Sequence record: OQ790161.1
Strand: one strand, 5' to 3'
DNA length: 64,000 nt
Made by a program: the position numbers and the translations under genes
Shown here: piece after piece, positions 1 through 10,300 of the stretch
Position numbering within the stretch: the stretch's first letter is position 1
How the letters are laid out: the number at the start of each line of letters is the position of its first letter
The notes under the pieces: generated by a model
Seen by the model: only the letters and a program-made list of their open reading frames with translations
Database searches by the model: none
Told to the model about the DNA's origin: nothing

Positions 1-3000
1 CCTTCTCGTCTTGCTCTTCCTTGGACTTCTTTTCCTTGTCCTCAGCTTCGTTGATTTCCTTCTGCTCCTGCCACGAACCCTTGCGGTTCTTCTTGCCAGG
101 CAGACGCTGATCGAGCAAGCCGTAAATCTTTTCGAGCAGCTCCACTTGCTTGGTGCCCGTCTTTTCAAACGGATTGAGCAACGCACCCAGCATCTTGAAC
201 GGAGCCCCCAGTGCCGCACCGCCGAAGCCCATCAGGCCACCGAACAGTTTGCCGTAGCCCTTCATGGCGCCACCGAACAATGCACCAGCGCCCTTGACCA
301 CCGAGATCGCAGCACCGCCGAGTGCACCCACCAGAGCCGCCAACGGCGTCTTCAGCGGCAAGCCCCAACGGTTACTGATACCCGGATCGTGGATCTCGTT
401 TTCGTGCAGCACCGTCTTGTCATCGGCAGAGGCCTTATCGCTACCTTGCGGCAGCTCCTTGATCTCGCCGTAGATGTCAGCGTAGGTGGTGACTACCTTA
501 CCTGTCTTCTTCGGACCGGCATTGTAGTAACGCCCGGTCTTCATCTTGCTGGCCAACAGACGCGGGGACGATTCGCCCTTGACGTACACGTCCACTTGCT
601 TGTTGGTGGCCCACTTGAAGGTAGCGCCAACCGCCTTGACACCCAGTGCGGCCGCCTTGAACGGCAGCGCAGCTGCATTGCCATAGAAGGACACCACAGC
701 ACTGCCGAAGGTCTTGAGCGACTTGGTCGCCAGACGCACCATGCCTGCTGGGCCCTTGACGTAGATACCCTGGTCGAAGCCTTCCTGATCCAAGATGGTC
801 TCGCCCGTGGTGACATCAATCACCGGACCGGTGACATCGCCCCAACGGGTGATCTTCTTCTTGGTGTTGACATCGCGGTAGTGACCCATCTTGATCCGCT
901 CGGCGGTCATGATCGGCTTGCGCTCGCCTTGGACGTAGATGTCCTTGACGCCACGGACCATATTGCCAATCCGGTGAGCACCGCCCGAAGCGACTGCCCC
1001 CACACCACGACCAGCCAGACCCGCCGCACCACCGATACCACCGAAGACCTTCTTGGTCCACCACCAGGTTGCCTTACCGGTTCCCTTGGCAGCACCCCAC
1101 ACGCCCTTAGCACCGCCGATAGCCAGCGAGTCCAAGAAGCCGCGACGCGGACCGCCACCACCATCACCGCCGGAGCCTTGGCTCGCCAGTACTTCAGCGA
1201 TGACCTTGAGCACTTCCAGCTGTTCAGAGTTCAGGCGCACCAATTCACTGGTGTCACCCAGCGAACCTGCTTCCTGTGGCGCAAAGGCATTGGTGGATTG
1301 CGAAGACGTACCCGCACCCAAACCGCTCTCGACATTGCGAGCTGCACGTTCGGAGTTGGAGCGCATCTTCTCCACAGCGCCGTTGAGTTCTTCACCGGTG
1401 CCAGCCACCTTCAGCACTTCTGCCACATCGGCAGCGGTAACGACGGTGTTACCGTTTTCGTCGATCACCGGACCTTGGATGTCTTGCGGACGACGCAGGA
1501 CCTTACCGGTCAGGGCGTCACGGTACTTACCCAGACGCAGGCGCAGGCCGGAGATCAGGGTCTCACCACGACGGTTCACCACGTCACGTACTTCAGTGAC
1601 GGTGGAGTTGTTGTTGACCGCATCACGCGCGGAGTTGAACGCGTTGGAAACGCTGTTGGCTGCTGCCGTGGTGGCAGAGCGCAGGTTGAAGTTGAATTCC
1701 TTACCCGAGGAGTCTTGCAGACCACCGGCCAAGGTTTCGGTATCGATCGTGGAGCCGTTGGACATGTCCTCGACCGGACCCTTGATCTCTTCCCACTTAC
1801 GCAGGATTTGACCGGTGGCCTTATCGCGGTACATGCCGCCCTTGAGCTTGAACTCCATCAGTACCGCTTTGCTGCCGCCCTTGGCGTACAGGTCCTTGGC
1901 CTTGCCGAGCTTCTCGTTAACCTTGGCCTTGGCCTCGTCGCGGAACATCTCAGCGGCCGACTTCTTCTTGACGTTGATGTCGCGGTAGTCTGCACCGGAG
2001 ATCATCTCCAGTACGCGCTCCATGTTCAACACGTCATTGCCGCTCTTGTCGCGGGAGATCAGGTTCTCGTGGGTGAGCAGTTCACGCTGGCCGACCGAGC
2101 GATACACGCCCGCAGCACCAACCGGAATCTTCGCACCGATGTTGAACTCGTTGAACTCCTTCTCACGCTTACCCAACCACTGCTGGTTGGAAGCGTTACC
2201 GCTGAACAGTGCGGTCAGTTCCATCTTGGCCGTACCCGACAGCTCGGTGGTAGCCGAACCGGGGTCAGTCAAACGCGAAGGATCAAACAGCTCACCGTTG
2301 ACCGAGTCGAGCACCAGCTGGCGGAACAGCGCCTTGCGGGTAGCGTCGCTGATCGGCTTGTCGCCGACGATGTCATCAATGAAGCGTTCGATGTTCTGCT
2401 TGTCCACAGCGCGGTTGGAGGCACTGTAGACCTTACCCATCATGTCCTTGGCAGCAGAGTCGACCGAGCCGAACTCACGCTTGTCATGGTTGTACACCAT
2501 GCGCTGCGCCTTGGGATCCAACATGCGGGCAGTGTTGTTCTCGATGCGCGAGAGCAAACCGGGAATGATCTCAACCAGCGTGCGCTGGGAGAGCTTGTTC
2601 CACGATGCCGGCTTGTCCAGATTACCTACGCCATCACGACCCACGGTGGGATCGAACTTGTAGCTACCGAGCACGCTCTTGAGCAGGTCCTCACCACGAC
2701 CAGCCAATCCCGTACGGGACGTGGCCGACTTGGAGTAACGACCCAGGTACTGCGCAGGGGAGGCAAAGAAGCGTTCGAGCTGGCCGCCTTGCTTGTCCAT
2801 GCCGGGGATGGCCTTGGCCAACATCTTACCCAGCGGACCCGACAGCAGCGTAGCACCCTTACCGACGGCAGCGCCGCCGGCCATCTGTGCGATCATTTCC
2901 AGCAAGGGCAAGTCTTCGCCCATGCCGCCCATGTCCATCATGCCGATGCCGGAGTTGGCGCGACCGGCCATGTCCTTGACGCTGGACTTGAGACGATCCA

Positions 3001-3871
3001 TGATCTGCTTGCCGTAGTTACCAGCAAACTTACCTGCCGAATCCTGCAACGTCCCCAGCATCCGGTTACGGAAGCTTTGGGTAGCGGTGTGCCTCAGATC
3101 TTGCTTGGCAATGTCAGGCATTGCCGTGTTGGTGACCAACGCTTCCAAGTTCGCCGTAACGCGCTTGGCCGTTTCTGCTTGCAGGCGCAGACTGTCACGT
3201 GCCAGGAAATAATGGCGGGTCTGCAATTCCAACGAGCGACGATGATACTTGTTGGTGATGTCGTCTTGGTAATTGACCAAGCGCATCACGCCTTGCTGGA
3301 TGATGTTCAGCTCGTGGAGCTGACTGCGCGCGTTTTGCATGGACTGTGCATGCTGAACACCGCGCTCGATTCGAGCCTCGGCATTCTGACGGGCATTGCC
3401 TTCTTCGATGGTGCCGAAGACTTCACCCATCGCCCGCTTCATCTCTGCTTCGCGCAGTTCTTCCGGACTGGCGTTACGCGGTGGTGGCTTGGCCCACTCC
3501 TCCACGCGGTCGGCAACACCCTTGGGCAGATACTTCTTGGCCTTGGGCAAATTGCGCTGCGTGATCCGACGCATGGTCGGCATGGAGGGCTCCAGCTCCT
3601 TCATGGCGATATTATGTAGCTCTTCGCCTCCGCGGTAGATCTTTTCGCCAAATTCCATGGCGTCGCCGTATCCCTTCGGGAGCGCTTTCTTCATCGCTTC
3701 CCGGAAGGTGGCCGGCGTCTTCATGGCGTCCTTGGCGCCTTGTGCAAAGCTGGTAGCAACGCGGGTAATCACACCGCGCTTCTTTTGCTGCTGTGAAGGT
3801 TTGAATGGGTCCTCGAACTCAAAATCGAGACTGCGGTCCCAATCGAGTTCCCCCAAGTCTTTCTTTGCCAT
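1..3871 (-). CDS. Tape-measure / large tail protein (phiKZ gp181-like), N-terminal ~1290 aa; runs off the window start
   Basis: ATG at 3871 (MAKKDLGELDWDRSLDFEFEDPF...); the frame reads as coding at both ends and matches the 11..3619 antisense shadow ORF; divergent from vRNAP beta' as in phiKZ/SPN3US synteny. Not in the ORF track because it has no stop in the window. Confidence 0.75.
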   Translation of the reverse strand, partial: MAKKDLGELDWDRSLDFEFEDPFKPSQQQKKRGVITRVATSFAQGAKDAMKTPATFREAMKKALPKGYGDAMEFGEKIYRGGEELHNIAMKELEPSMPTMRRITQRNLPKAKKYLPKGVADRVEEWAKPPPRNASPEELREAEMKRAMGEVFGTIEEGNARQNAEARIERGVQHAQSMQNARSQLHELNIIQQGVMRLVNYQDDITNKYHRRSLELQTRHYFLARDSLRLQAETAKRVTANLEALVTNTAMPDIAKQDLRHTATQSFRNRMLGTLQDSAGKFAGNYGKQIMDRLKSSVKDMAGRANSGIGMMDMGGMGEDLPLLEMIAQMAGGAAVGKGATLLSGPLGKMLAKAIPGMDKQGGQLERFFASPAQYLGRYSKSATSRTGLAGRGEDLLKSVLGSYKFDPTVGRDGVGNLDKPASWNKLSQRTLVEIIPGLLSRIENNTARMLDPKAQRMVYNHDKREFGSVDSAAKDMMGKVYSASNRAVDKQNIERFIDDIVGDKPISDATRKALFRQLVLDSVNGELFDPSRLTDPGSATTELSGTAKMELTALFSGNASNQQWLGKREKEFNEFNIGAKIPVGAAGVYRSVGQRELLTHENLISRDKSGNDVLNMERVLEMISGADYRDINVKKKSAAEMFRDEAKAKVNEKLGKAKDLYAKGGSKAVLMEFKLKGGMYRDKATGQILRKWEEIKGPVEDMSNGSTIDTETLAGGLQDSSGKEFNFNLRSATTAAANSVSNAFNSARDAVNNNSTVTEVRDVVNRRGETLISGLRLRLGKYRDALTGKVLRRPQDIQGPVIDENGNTVVTAADVAEVLKVAGTGEELNGAVEKMRSNSERAARNVESGLGAGTSSQSTNAFAPQEAGSLGDTSELVRLNSEQLEVLKVIAEVLASQGSGGDGGGGPRRGFLDSLAIGGAKGVWGAAKGTGKATWWWTKKVFGGIGGAAGLAGRGVGAVASGGAHRIGNMVRGVKDIYVQGERKPIMTAERIKMGHYRDVNTKKKITRWGDVTGPVIDVTTGETILDQEGFDQGIYVKGPAGMVRLATKSLKTFGSAVVSFYGNAAALPFKAAALGVKAVGATFKWATNKQVDVYVKGESSPRLLASKMKTGRYYNAGPKKTGKVVTTYADIYGEIKELPQGSDKASADDKTVLHENEIHDPGISNRWGLPLKTPLAALVGALGGAAISVVKGAGALFGGAMKGYGKLFGGLMGFGGAALGAPFKMLGALLNPFEKTGTKQVELLEKIYGLLDQRLPGKKNRKGSWQEQKEINEAEDKEKKSKEEQDEK
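450..1900 (-). repeat. Four ~55-60 aa protein-level repeats in the tape-measure-like protein
   Basis: Units read DLYAKGG..YRDKATGQILRKWEEIKGPVED, DVVNRRG..YRDALTGKVLRRPQDIQGPVID, DIYVQGE..YRDVNTKKKITRWGDVTGPVID, DVYVKGE..YYNAGPKKTGKVVTTYADIYGEIKE; boundaries approximate. Confidence 0.75.
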
Positions 3872-3939
3872 TGTTATCTCCGGGCCTGTACTTTAATAGT
3901 CAGGCCATAGGCCCTCATTCATAGATTAAGGATCCCCTG

Positions 3940-5403
3940 ATGTCTGCTTTGGAACTACCGTTCAATGTAGAGATCTTTCAGCCCGCCGAAGAACAGCTGC
4001 GTTTGCTCAAGCCTGTCACCAGCACAGACTACTACGAGAACTCCAAGGGCGATCTCCACGAGGAGGGCCTGTTCTCCATCAGCATCTTCGGGCGCATCGG
4101 CGATGAAGCACGAGATCGTCGTTTCTCCTACATTGACATCAAAACTGAAGTCTTCCACCCCATCCTCTACAACCGTCTTATCCGGTTGAAGAAACTCTAC
4201 GGCGGCATCCTCAACGGGGAGTCGTACGCAGTGTGGGATGAGGTGCGCAAGGACTTCTTCCCCGCCAACGAGCTGACCGGTCAGACCGGGTTTGCGTTCT
4301 TCTGCGAACACTGGCGCAAGATCGAGTTCAGCCGGAACAAGTCGGACGTGCGCGACCTGCGTGCCAAGCTGATCGAGAAGTATCGCAACCAGAGCATGTC
4401 CAGCAAGATCCTGGTGATCCCCGCTGGCCTGCGCGACATCGAGGTCGATGAGAACGGACGGACCAACGTCCATGAGATCAACGCCCTGTACCTGAAGTTG
4501 CTGGCGCGCGCAGCGGTGCTGCCGGACCACGACAACATCAAGAACGATCCCTCGCACAACCTGGCTCGCAAGTTGCTGCAAGCGTGCTTCAACGACATCT
4601 ACGAATTGCTGGAAGCCATGCTCTCGGGCAAGAAGGGTTTCTTCCAAGACAAGTGGTCGGCACGTAACATCACCAACTCCACCCGAAACGTGATCACCGC
4701 CATGGACACCTCCGTGGCTACGCTGGGCGCTGTCAATGCCCCACGCTTCACCGATACGGTTGTGGGTTTGTGGCAGCTGTCCAAAGCCGTGCTGCCGGTG
4801 ACCATTCACCACCTGATGAAGAACTACCTCTCGCAGGTGTTCGCCTACGGCAACCGTACGGCACGTCTGGTGGATCCGACCACGTTGGATGCAGAAGTCG
4901 TGGAAGTGTCTTCGGATGCCTACGATCGCTGGAACACCGTGGAAGGGCTGGAGAAGGTCATCACCAGCTACAAGGAACTGTCACTGCGCAACAAGCCAGT
5001 GATGATCGACGGGCGCTACTTGGCCCTCATTTATGCCCCCAAGAACCGACCAGTGTTCAAGGTCTTCCACGACATCAATGATCTGCCCGAAGGGGCTGAC
5101 CGTGCTGACGTGCGCCCCATCAACCTGATGGAGCTTCTGTACCTGTCTGGGTACAAGATCTGGAACGACCAAGTCGGTACCGTCACCCGTTACCCCATCG
5201 CAGGTGTGGGTAGCTGCTATCCAACCACGGTCTATGCCAAGACCACGGTGGTGGGTGAAGTGCGCGGTGAGCTGGATGAGAACTGGCAAGTACCGACCGA
5301 AGGGACCAGTCATCTGGCGCCCGAGTTCCCCACTTACGAGCCGCTGGCTTATCAAGACAGCCTCGTGATTCCCAGTACCCGCCTTGCGGGACTGACAGCC
5401 GAT
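3940..5403 (+). CDS. Virion RNA polymerase beta' subunit (phiKZ gp180-like), exon 1
   Basis: Beta'-like motifs (GLFSISIFGRIG, KILVIPAGLRD, TRYPI); ends ..RLAGLTAD just before the intron; the spliced product is 546 aa and restores ADFDGD. Confidence 0.9.
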
Positions 5404-5808
5404 AACCCGTAGCACGAACTACGGGTAAGTCCCGTACTGCTGTGAAGCAGTACGTGCATTTCCCTTAATTGCTGGGAACTCCTGTTAAACTCAATGGCTA
5501 CAACGTGGGACGAAAGTCCGAGCGTGAATGCTGAAAACATTGAGGTAGGGACAATCAGCAGCTGAACCCTTCTGTGACCCGGCTTTTTAGCACGAGGAGC
5601 GTGGGGAGAGTTCAACGACTATCCGGTGGTGCGGAGTACATTGCAATTGGGCAATGGAAATAGGGAAACATCTTCGAATCTGCGTCTGGGCAAAACGCTG
5701 CGAAGATGAAGATATAGTCTGGCCTGCATGGAGACATGCAGCAGTGGATCTGTAGTTGCGGCAGACACCACGCGCTTGAGGGAATACGACCACAAGCGGA
5801 ACAAAGCG
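5404..5808 (+). mobile_element. Group I self-splicing intron (IA-like), 405 nt, no ORF
   Basis: 5' exon ends in U, intron ends in G; P/Q/R/S elements AATTGCTGGGAA (5467), AATCAGCAG (5553), TTCAACGACTA (5611), AAGATATAGTC (5709); P3 TTTCCCT/AGGGAAA, P8 CATCTTCG/CGAAGATG, P9 CTGCATG-GAGA-CATGCAG; splicing is in frame. Confidence 0.93.
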
Positions 5809-5985
5809 TTCGACGGCGATACCGCCAGCTTCATCGCATACTACACCGATGCCAAGTTCGACATCGTGGATTATCTCAACACCAAGCAAGCCTTCGTGGA
5901 TCCAGTGGGTGGCATCCGGACCAGTGCAGCGGTTGATACCGTTGTGTTGTTCCTGCGCAGCTTCACGGGCAACCCCGAGGATTGA
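5809..5985 (+). CDS. Virion RNA polymerase beta' subunit, exon 2 (58 aa)
   Basis: Begins TTC GAC GGC GAT (FDGD), completing the catalytic motif; ends ..FTGNPED*. Confidence 0.9.
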   Translation, partial: FDGDTASFIAYYTDAKFDIVDYLNTKQAFVDPVGGIRTSAAVDTVVLFLRSFTGNPED

Positions 5986-6001
5986 TCTCAAGGACCTGGA
6001 C

Positions 6002-7303
6002 ATGCAAGACAAAATCGAACAGGAACTCGAGTCGACCTTGGCGTCGCTCGAGGCACTGGAGGACTATACCGAGGAACTGGTCAATGACCAGGTGAGCTTG
6101 GAGTCCTTCGGTGAGAAGGTGGACTACTTGCAAGTGCGCAGGTTGCAAGAACTCGAGCTCAGCTTGGGAATGGAAGCGTTGGACATGAACGATGTCCGCG
6201 ACGTCTTTGCTGCTGCCGGTCGTGCTTCCATTGCCACCGGCCGTGGCTTCATGAAGATGGTAGACACCGTTCACCGCTGGGTGGATCAAACCCATCTGGT
6301 GCGGTTGCAGCAAACCCGTGCCAAGATCAAGGCGCTGCCGGAAGCTGATGCCAAGATCAACAAGGGTCGGATGGAGCGTAACAAGCTCGCTGTGGCCCTG
6401 TCGGTGGGTGGTGAGTTCCCGACCAACTTCGATGCCTACGCTGAAGGGTTGGTGGACTTCTCCCGTCGCACCGGTAACACGGTCCTGCCAGATCTGGCCT
6501 CGCTCAGTCGCGCCATCGGTGCACGTCTGGAAGCCAAGCGTTGGATGGGCAACGATGCCTTCAACGCCGAAGTGCTGGAGATTACCAAGATCATCGGCCA
6601 GTACAAGCTGCCCATGCAGCGTTACCCCGACACCGACTACCGTCGTCTGTTCCCCGGCAACCGCTCGATCTTCTCCACGATCAAGCCGCGTCGTCCCCGT
6701 CGTGAACCCAAGGAACAAAGCGGTGCTGTGCGCAAGGTCATCGATGGTCTGACCAGTACCACCGTGGGCGTCATTAAGCGTTCGGACTACACCCGTGGTA
6801 AAGCCGATTCGATTCTGCCCATCCTCAACGGTGAGCAGATGTTGGACATGCTCAACGCTGCTGAACAACTGCTGCGCGAAGCGGTGCGCATTGGCCAGCT
6901 GGCCAAGGGCTATTCCAAGGATCGACTGCCCTCCACCTTCTCGATGATGATCTCCGGCTTCTATCATGGCGTCAAGCGCCAGTTCGATGATGTCTGGACC
7001 GCGCAAGACGATGGCTTTGATGTCATCGAAACCCGCGGTGGTCAATCCCAGCGGCACAAGCCCGGCAAGCGCAACCCCTTGGGTGGCGCCACCGGCGGCC
7101 TGGTGCGTGGGGGTATCGGGATGGAGAAGGATCAACGGGATGAAGACGAACAGCGCTCGCAAATGGCGGTGTGGGTCACCCGTTACCTGAAGCTGTCCTT
7201 GCTGGATCACCAGCGTACGGCGCAGTCGCTGATCCTGCTGTTGCTCGGCGTTGCCAAGACGTACATGGAGTACGTCGATGAAAGTCTCGACTACTACACC
7301 TGA
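6002..7303 (+). CDS. Putative internal head protein with cleavable propeptide (433 aa)
   Basis: ATG 6002; acidic N-terminus with repeated SLE/ALE/GME motifs of the S/A/G-x-E type cut by phiKZ-type prohead proteases. Confidence 0.6.
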   Translation: MQDKIEQELESTLASLEALEDYTEELVNDQVSLESFGEKVDYLQVRRLQELELSLGMEALDMNDVRDVFAAAGRASIATGRGFMKMVDTVHRWVDQTHLVRLQQTRAKIKALPEADAKINKGRMERNKLAVALSVGGEFPTNFDAYAEGLVDFSRRTGNTVLPDLASLSRAIGARLEAKRWMGNDAFNAEVLEITKIIGQYKLPMQRYPDTDYRRLFPGNRSIFSTIKPRRPRREPKEQSGAVRKVIDGLTSTTVGVIKRSDYTRGKADSILPILNGEQMLDMLNAAEQLLREAVRIGQLAKGYSKDRLPSTFSMMISGFYHGVKRQFDDVWTAQDDGFDVIETRGGQSQRHKPGKRNPLGGATGGLVRGGIGMEKDQRDEDEQRSQMAVWVTRYLKLSLLDHQRTAQSLILLLLGVAKTYMEYVDESLDYYT

Positions 7304-7318
7304 TCCAAAGCCCTTTTG

Positions 7319-7347
7319 ACTGGACGGAGGGCTTTCCTCCGTCCAGT
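7319..7347 (+). terminator. Stem-loop, putative terminator
   Basis: ACTGGACGGAGG-GCTTT-CCTCCGTCCAGT, 12-bp stem after the 7303 stop. Confidence 0.55.
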
Positions 7348-7372
7348 TATCCTGTCTACAAAGGCCTCCGGA

Positions 7373-10300
7373 ATGCACAATCCACTTGCCTATTTCACCT
7401 TGATGCCGTCGACCTTCGAGCCGACCGGGCATCATCTGAACGAGAACGGTGAAGTACCGCTGCTGACCTTCAATGGTCCGGCGCTGGAATCACTGCTCGA
7501 CACTGTGCCCCCGGACTTCAACGTGAGTCTGGAGGCCATGCCCTTTACACGCCTTACTTCCGCAAGTACGGCGTGCTGCGTGCAGTGCAGTTGGCTGCAC
7601 CGCTGCTCAACAAGCTTGCTGTGTTGGAGCTGCCCAAGGAAACCGTCCTGCATTACATGCCCGAGGACGAAACCGAAATCGGCCTGCCGCAAGACCATGC
7701 GATCTTGATCAACAACACCCGTGTGATCATGACCGAACACGTCACCCAGTTGGGTGATGACAAGGGCAACCCGCGGACCCTGCCGATCCCCTCGGCCCAG
7801 ATGAAGCGCGAGTACCATCGGCAGAACCGTCGTACCCGTGAGATGCTGCGACCGGAAACGGTCATGCGCGATGTCAACACCATCGTGGTGGAGAACTACG
7901 CGCTGCTCAGCCATCTGTATCGCTACCCCACCAACTACTTCCGCGCTTACTTCAAGTGGTGGAACATCCAAGCTGCCCTGTGGCAGCGTGTGGGTGAGAT
8001 CTCCCAGAACTACCCGCTGCGCAACCAATTCCTTCAGTGCCGCCTGCCCACCTTGCTGCCGACCATCGGTCAGCTGCGTCGTGGCGAAGGTGAGATGACC
8101 CGCAACCTGCTCGGTAGCTTCGTGCAGCCGGAGTCGCTGCTGATCCTGGAGATCTGGAAGTGGCTGGGTGAGCGTCGTGAGAACTCGGTGCTGTCCAAGT
8201 GCCCGCCTGAAGCCCTGACCAAGATGAACCTGATCTTCATTGAACAGGATCGCTGGTTGATGCTGAATCTAGGTCTGCTGGACAAGTGGCGCAAGCGCAC
8301 GCTGGAAGAAGGTGGCAACGATACCCACAAGGGCATCTTGGATCCGATCATGATCCAAAAGCGTTTCCTGCGTCTGTTGATGACGTTGATGGAAGTGCGC
8401 ACGGGCGGTGAGATCAACGAAGCACCGGCTGGTGAGATCGACACGGCGGTTGTCAATGTGGATGCACAAACGGCGCCGGGCTCGAAAGAGGATCCGGACA
8501 CCAGTATGACGGTGGCTCGCTCCGAGCCGGTCAAGCTGTCGGTGCCCACCGAAGATGGTCGCACGGCCAAGATCAAACTGACGGCCAACTTGAATCTGGA
8601 TCGTCTACCCGATGAACTGATCGAGGAAACCCCGGAGAACCAGCTCGCCATCGATGAGGCCATCACCAAGGACCTCGAAGCACTCGATGCAATCATGGCC
8701 CGGTTCCAGGAAAGCCAAGTCGAAGGTGAGGAAGACTCTCCGATCGATACCTCCACCGGCGAAGTCAGCACCATGCTCAAGTACGTGCCCAACGAGCGTT
8801 CGCTCTCGGGTAGCGTGATGGCCAAGATGGACCAGCTGGCTGATGCCGGTCTGTGTTCGGGTGCCGAGTACCGTCGCATGACGGCGCTGTCTACCGCCTA
8901 CCAGCGACTGCCCAGTCCCTTCGGCGAAGGCACCTTGGAAGACATGTCCACGATCGCACACGAAGATCTGGTCCTGTCCACCGAGTCGCAGATTCCGGAC
9001 ATGCTCACCGTGCCGGACAAGACGATGCTCAAGAGCTCGATCTTGGAATACGACAAGCAGTACCTGAACAAGATCTACCGCAAGGATCTGGTTCGTTCGG
9101 TGCTGGGCGTCCAGCATGCAGGTATCGCCGTGACCGGCTTCCAGATGGATGAGTACAAAGACGTGCTCAACCACTACGAGAAGTTTGCCATCCAGCTCAC
9201 CCCTGTGGTGGGTAAGGTCTCCACGGTTTACGCCAAGCTGCCCAAGATCAATGCCGACGGTACCTACGTCGACAACGGTTCGCGTTACCGCATGCGCAAG
9301 CAGCGTGGTGACGTGCCGATCCGTAAGCTCTCGCCTTCGCGTGTGGCGCTGACCTCGTACTACAACAAGGTCTTCATCTCGCGTTCGGAAAAGCAGATCA
9401 GCAACTATCCGGGTTGGCTCACCAACCAGATCGCTGCGATGGCCATGGACGAGGACAACGGCACGATCGACCACGCCATGTTGGCCGATGTGTCTGACAC
9501 CGAAATCCGCACCCCGCGTATCTACTCGATCTTGGCTTCGCGCTTCCGCTCGTTCCATCTGTACGAAGGCGACAACGCCTACGTCTACGAGTTCTTCTTG
9601 GACTACCATGCGCGCAAAGCGCAGTTCGGTGCCGAGCGCGTGGAGGCGATCGAGAAGGACGGTCTGTTGGTCATCGGTAAGGCACAGGCCTCCGGTAACC
9701 TGCTGGTGGTGGACAACACCAACACGATCTACGAAGCACAGGGTCTGGAACTGAAGACCTTGGGCTCGATCGAAACGATGATCGGTACGCTCTCCGGCAA
9801 GCCGCCGGCAGAGACGGCAGAGATTCGCATCTTCGGCAAGCAAGTGCCGGTGGGCCTGTTCTTGGCTTACCACTTGGGTATCACCAAGTTGTTCGAACTG
9901 CTGGGCGTGACGCCGCGTAAGGTACCCACCGGTACCCGTGCGTACATGAACGGGGACGAGCTGGCCATTCGCTTCGAAGATGAGATGTGGATCTTCCCGC
10001 AAGACCAAGGCATGCGTACGCTGATCCTGGCCGGTCTGGCCAGCTACGACAAGATCACCCGCAACTACTCCTCGCATCTGTTTGATCGCAAGGACATCTA
10101 TCTGCCGGTGCTGGAGCAATCCCGCGTTGGCGTGCGCTACTTGCGCGAGATGGATCTGCTGGTGGAACTGTTCGTGGATCCGATCACTGAGGACATCCTC
10201 AAGGAAATGGGTGAGCCTACGGACTTCATCAGTCTGGTACTGCGGGCCTGTCAGTTGCTGGAGACCGATTGGTCGCCGGCTGAGACCGACATGGCTTACA

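Noticed and set aside
11-3619. 1202-aa plus-strand ORF
   Set aside because: Exact antisense shadow of the minus-strand tape-measure gene; an expected result of strong GC3 bias
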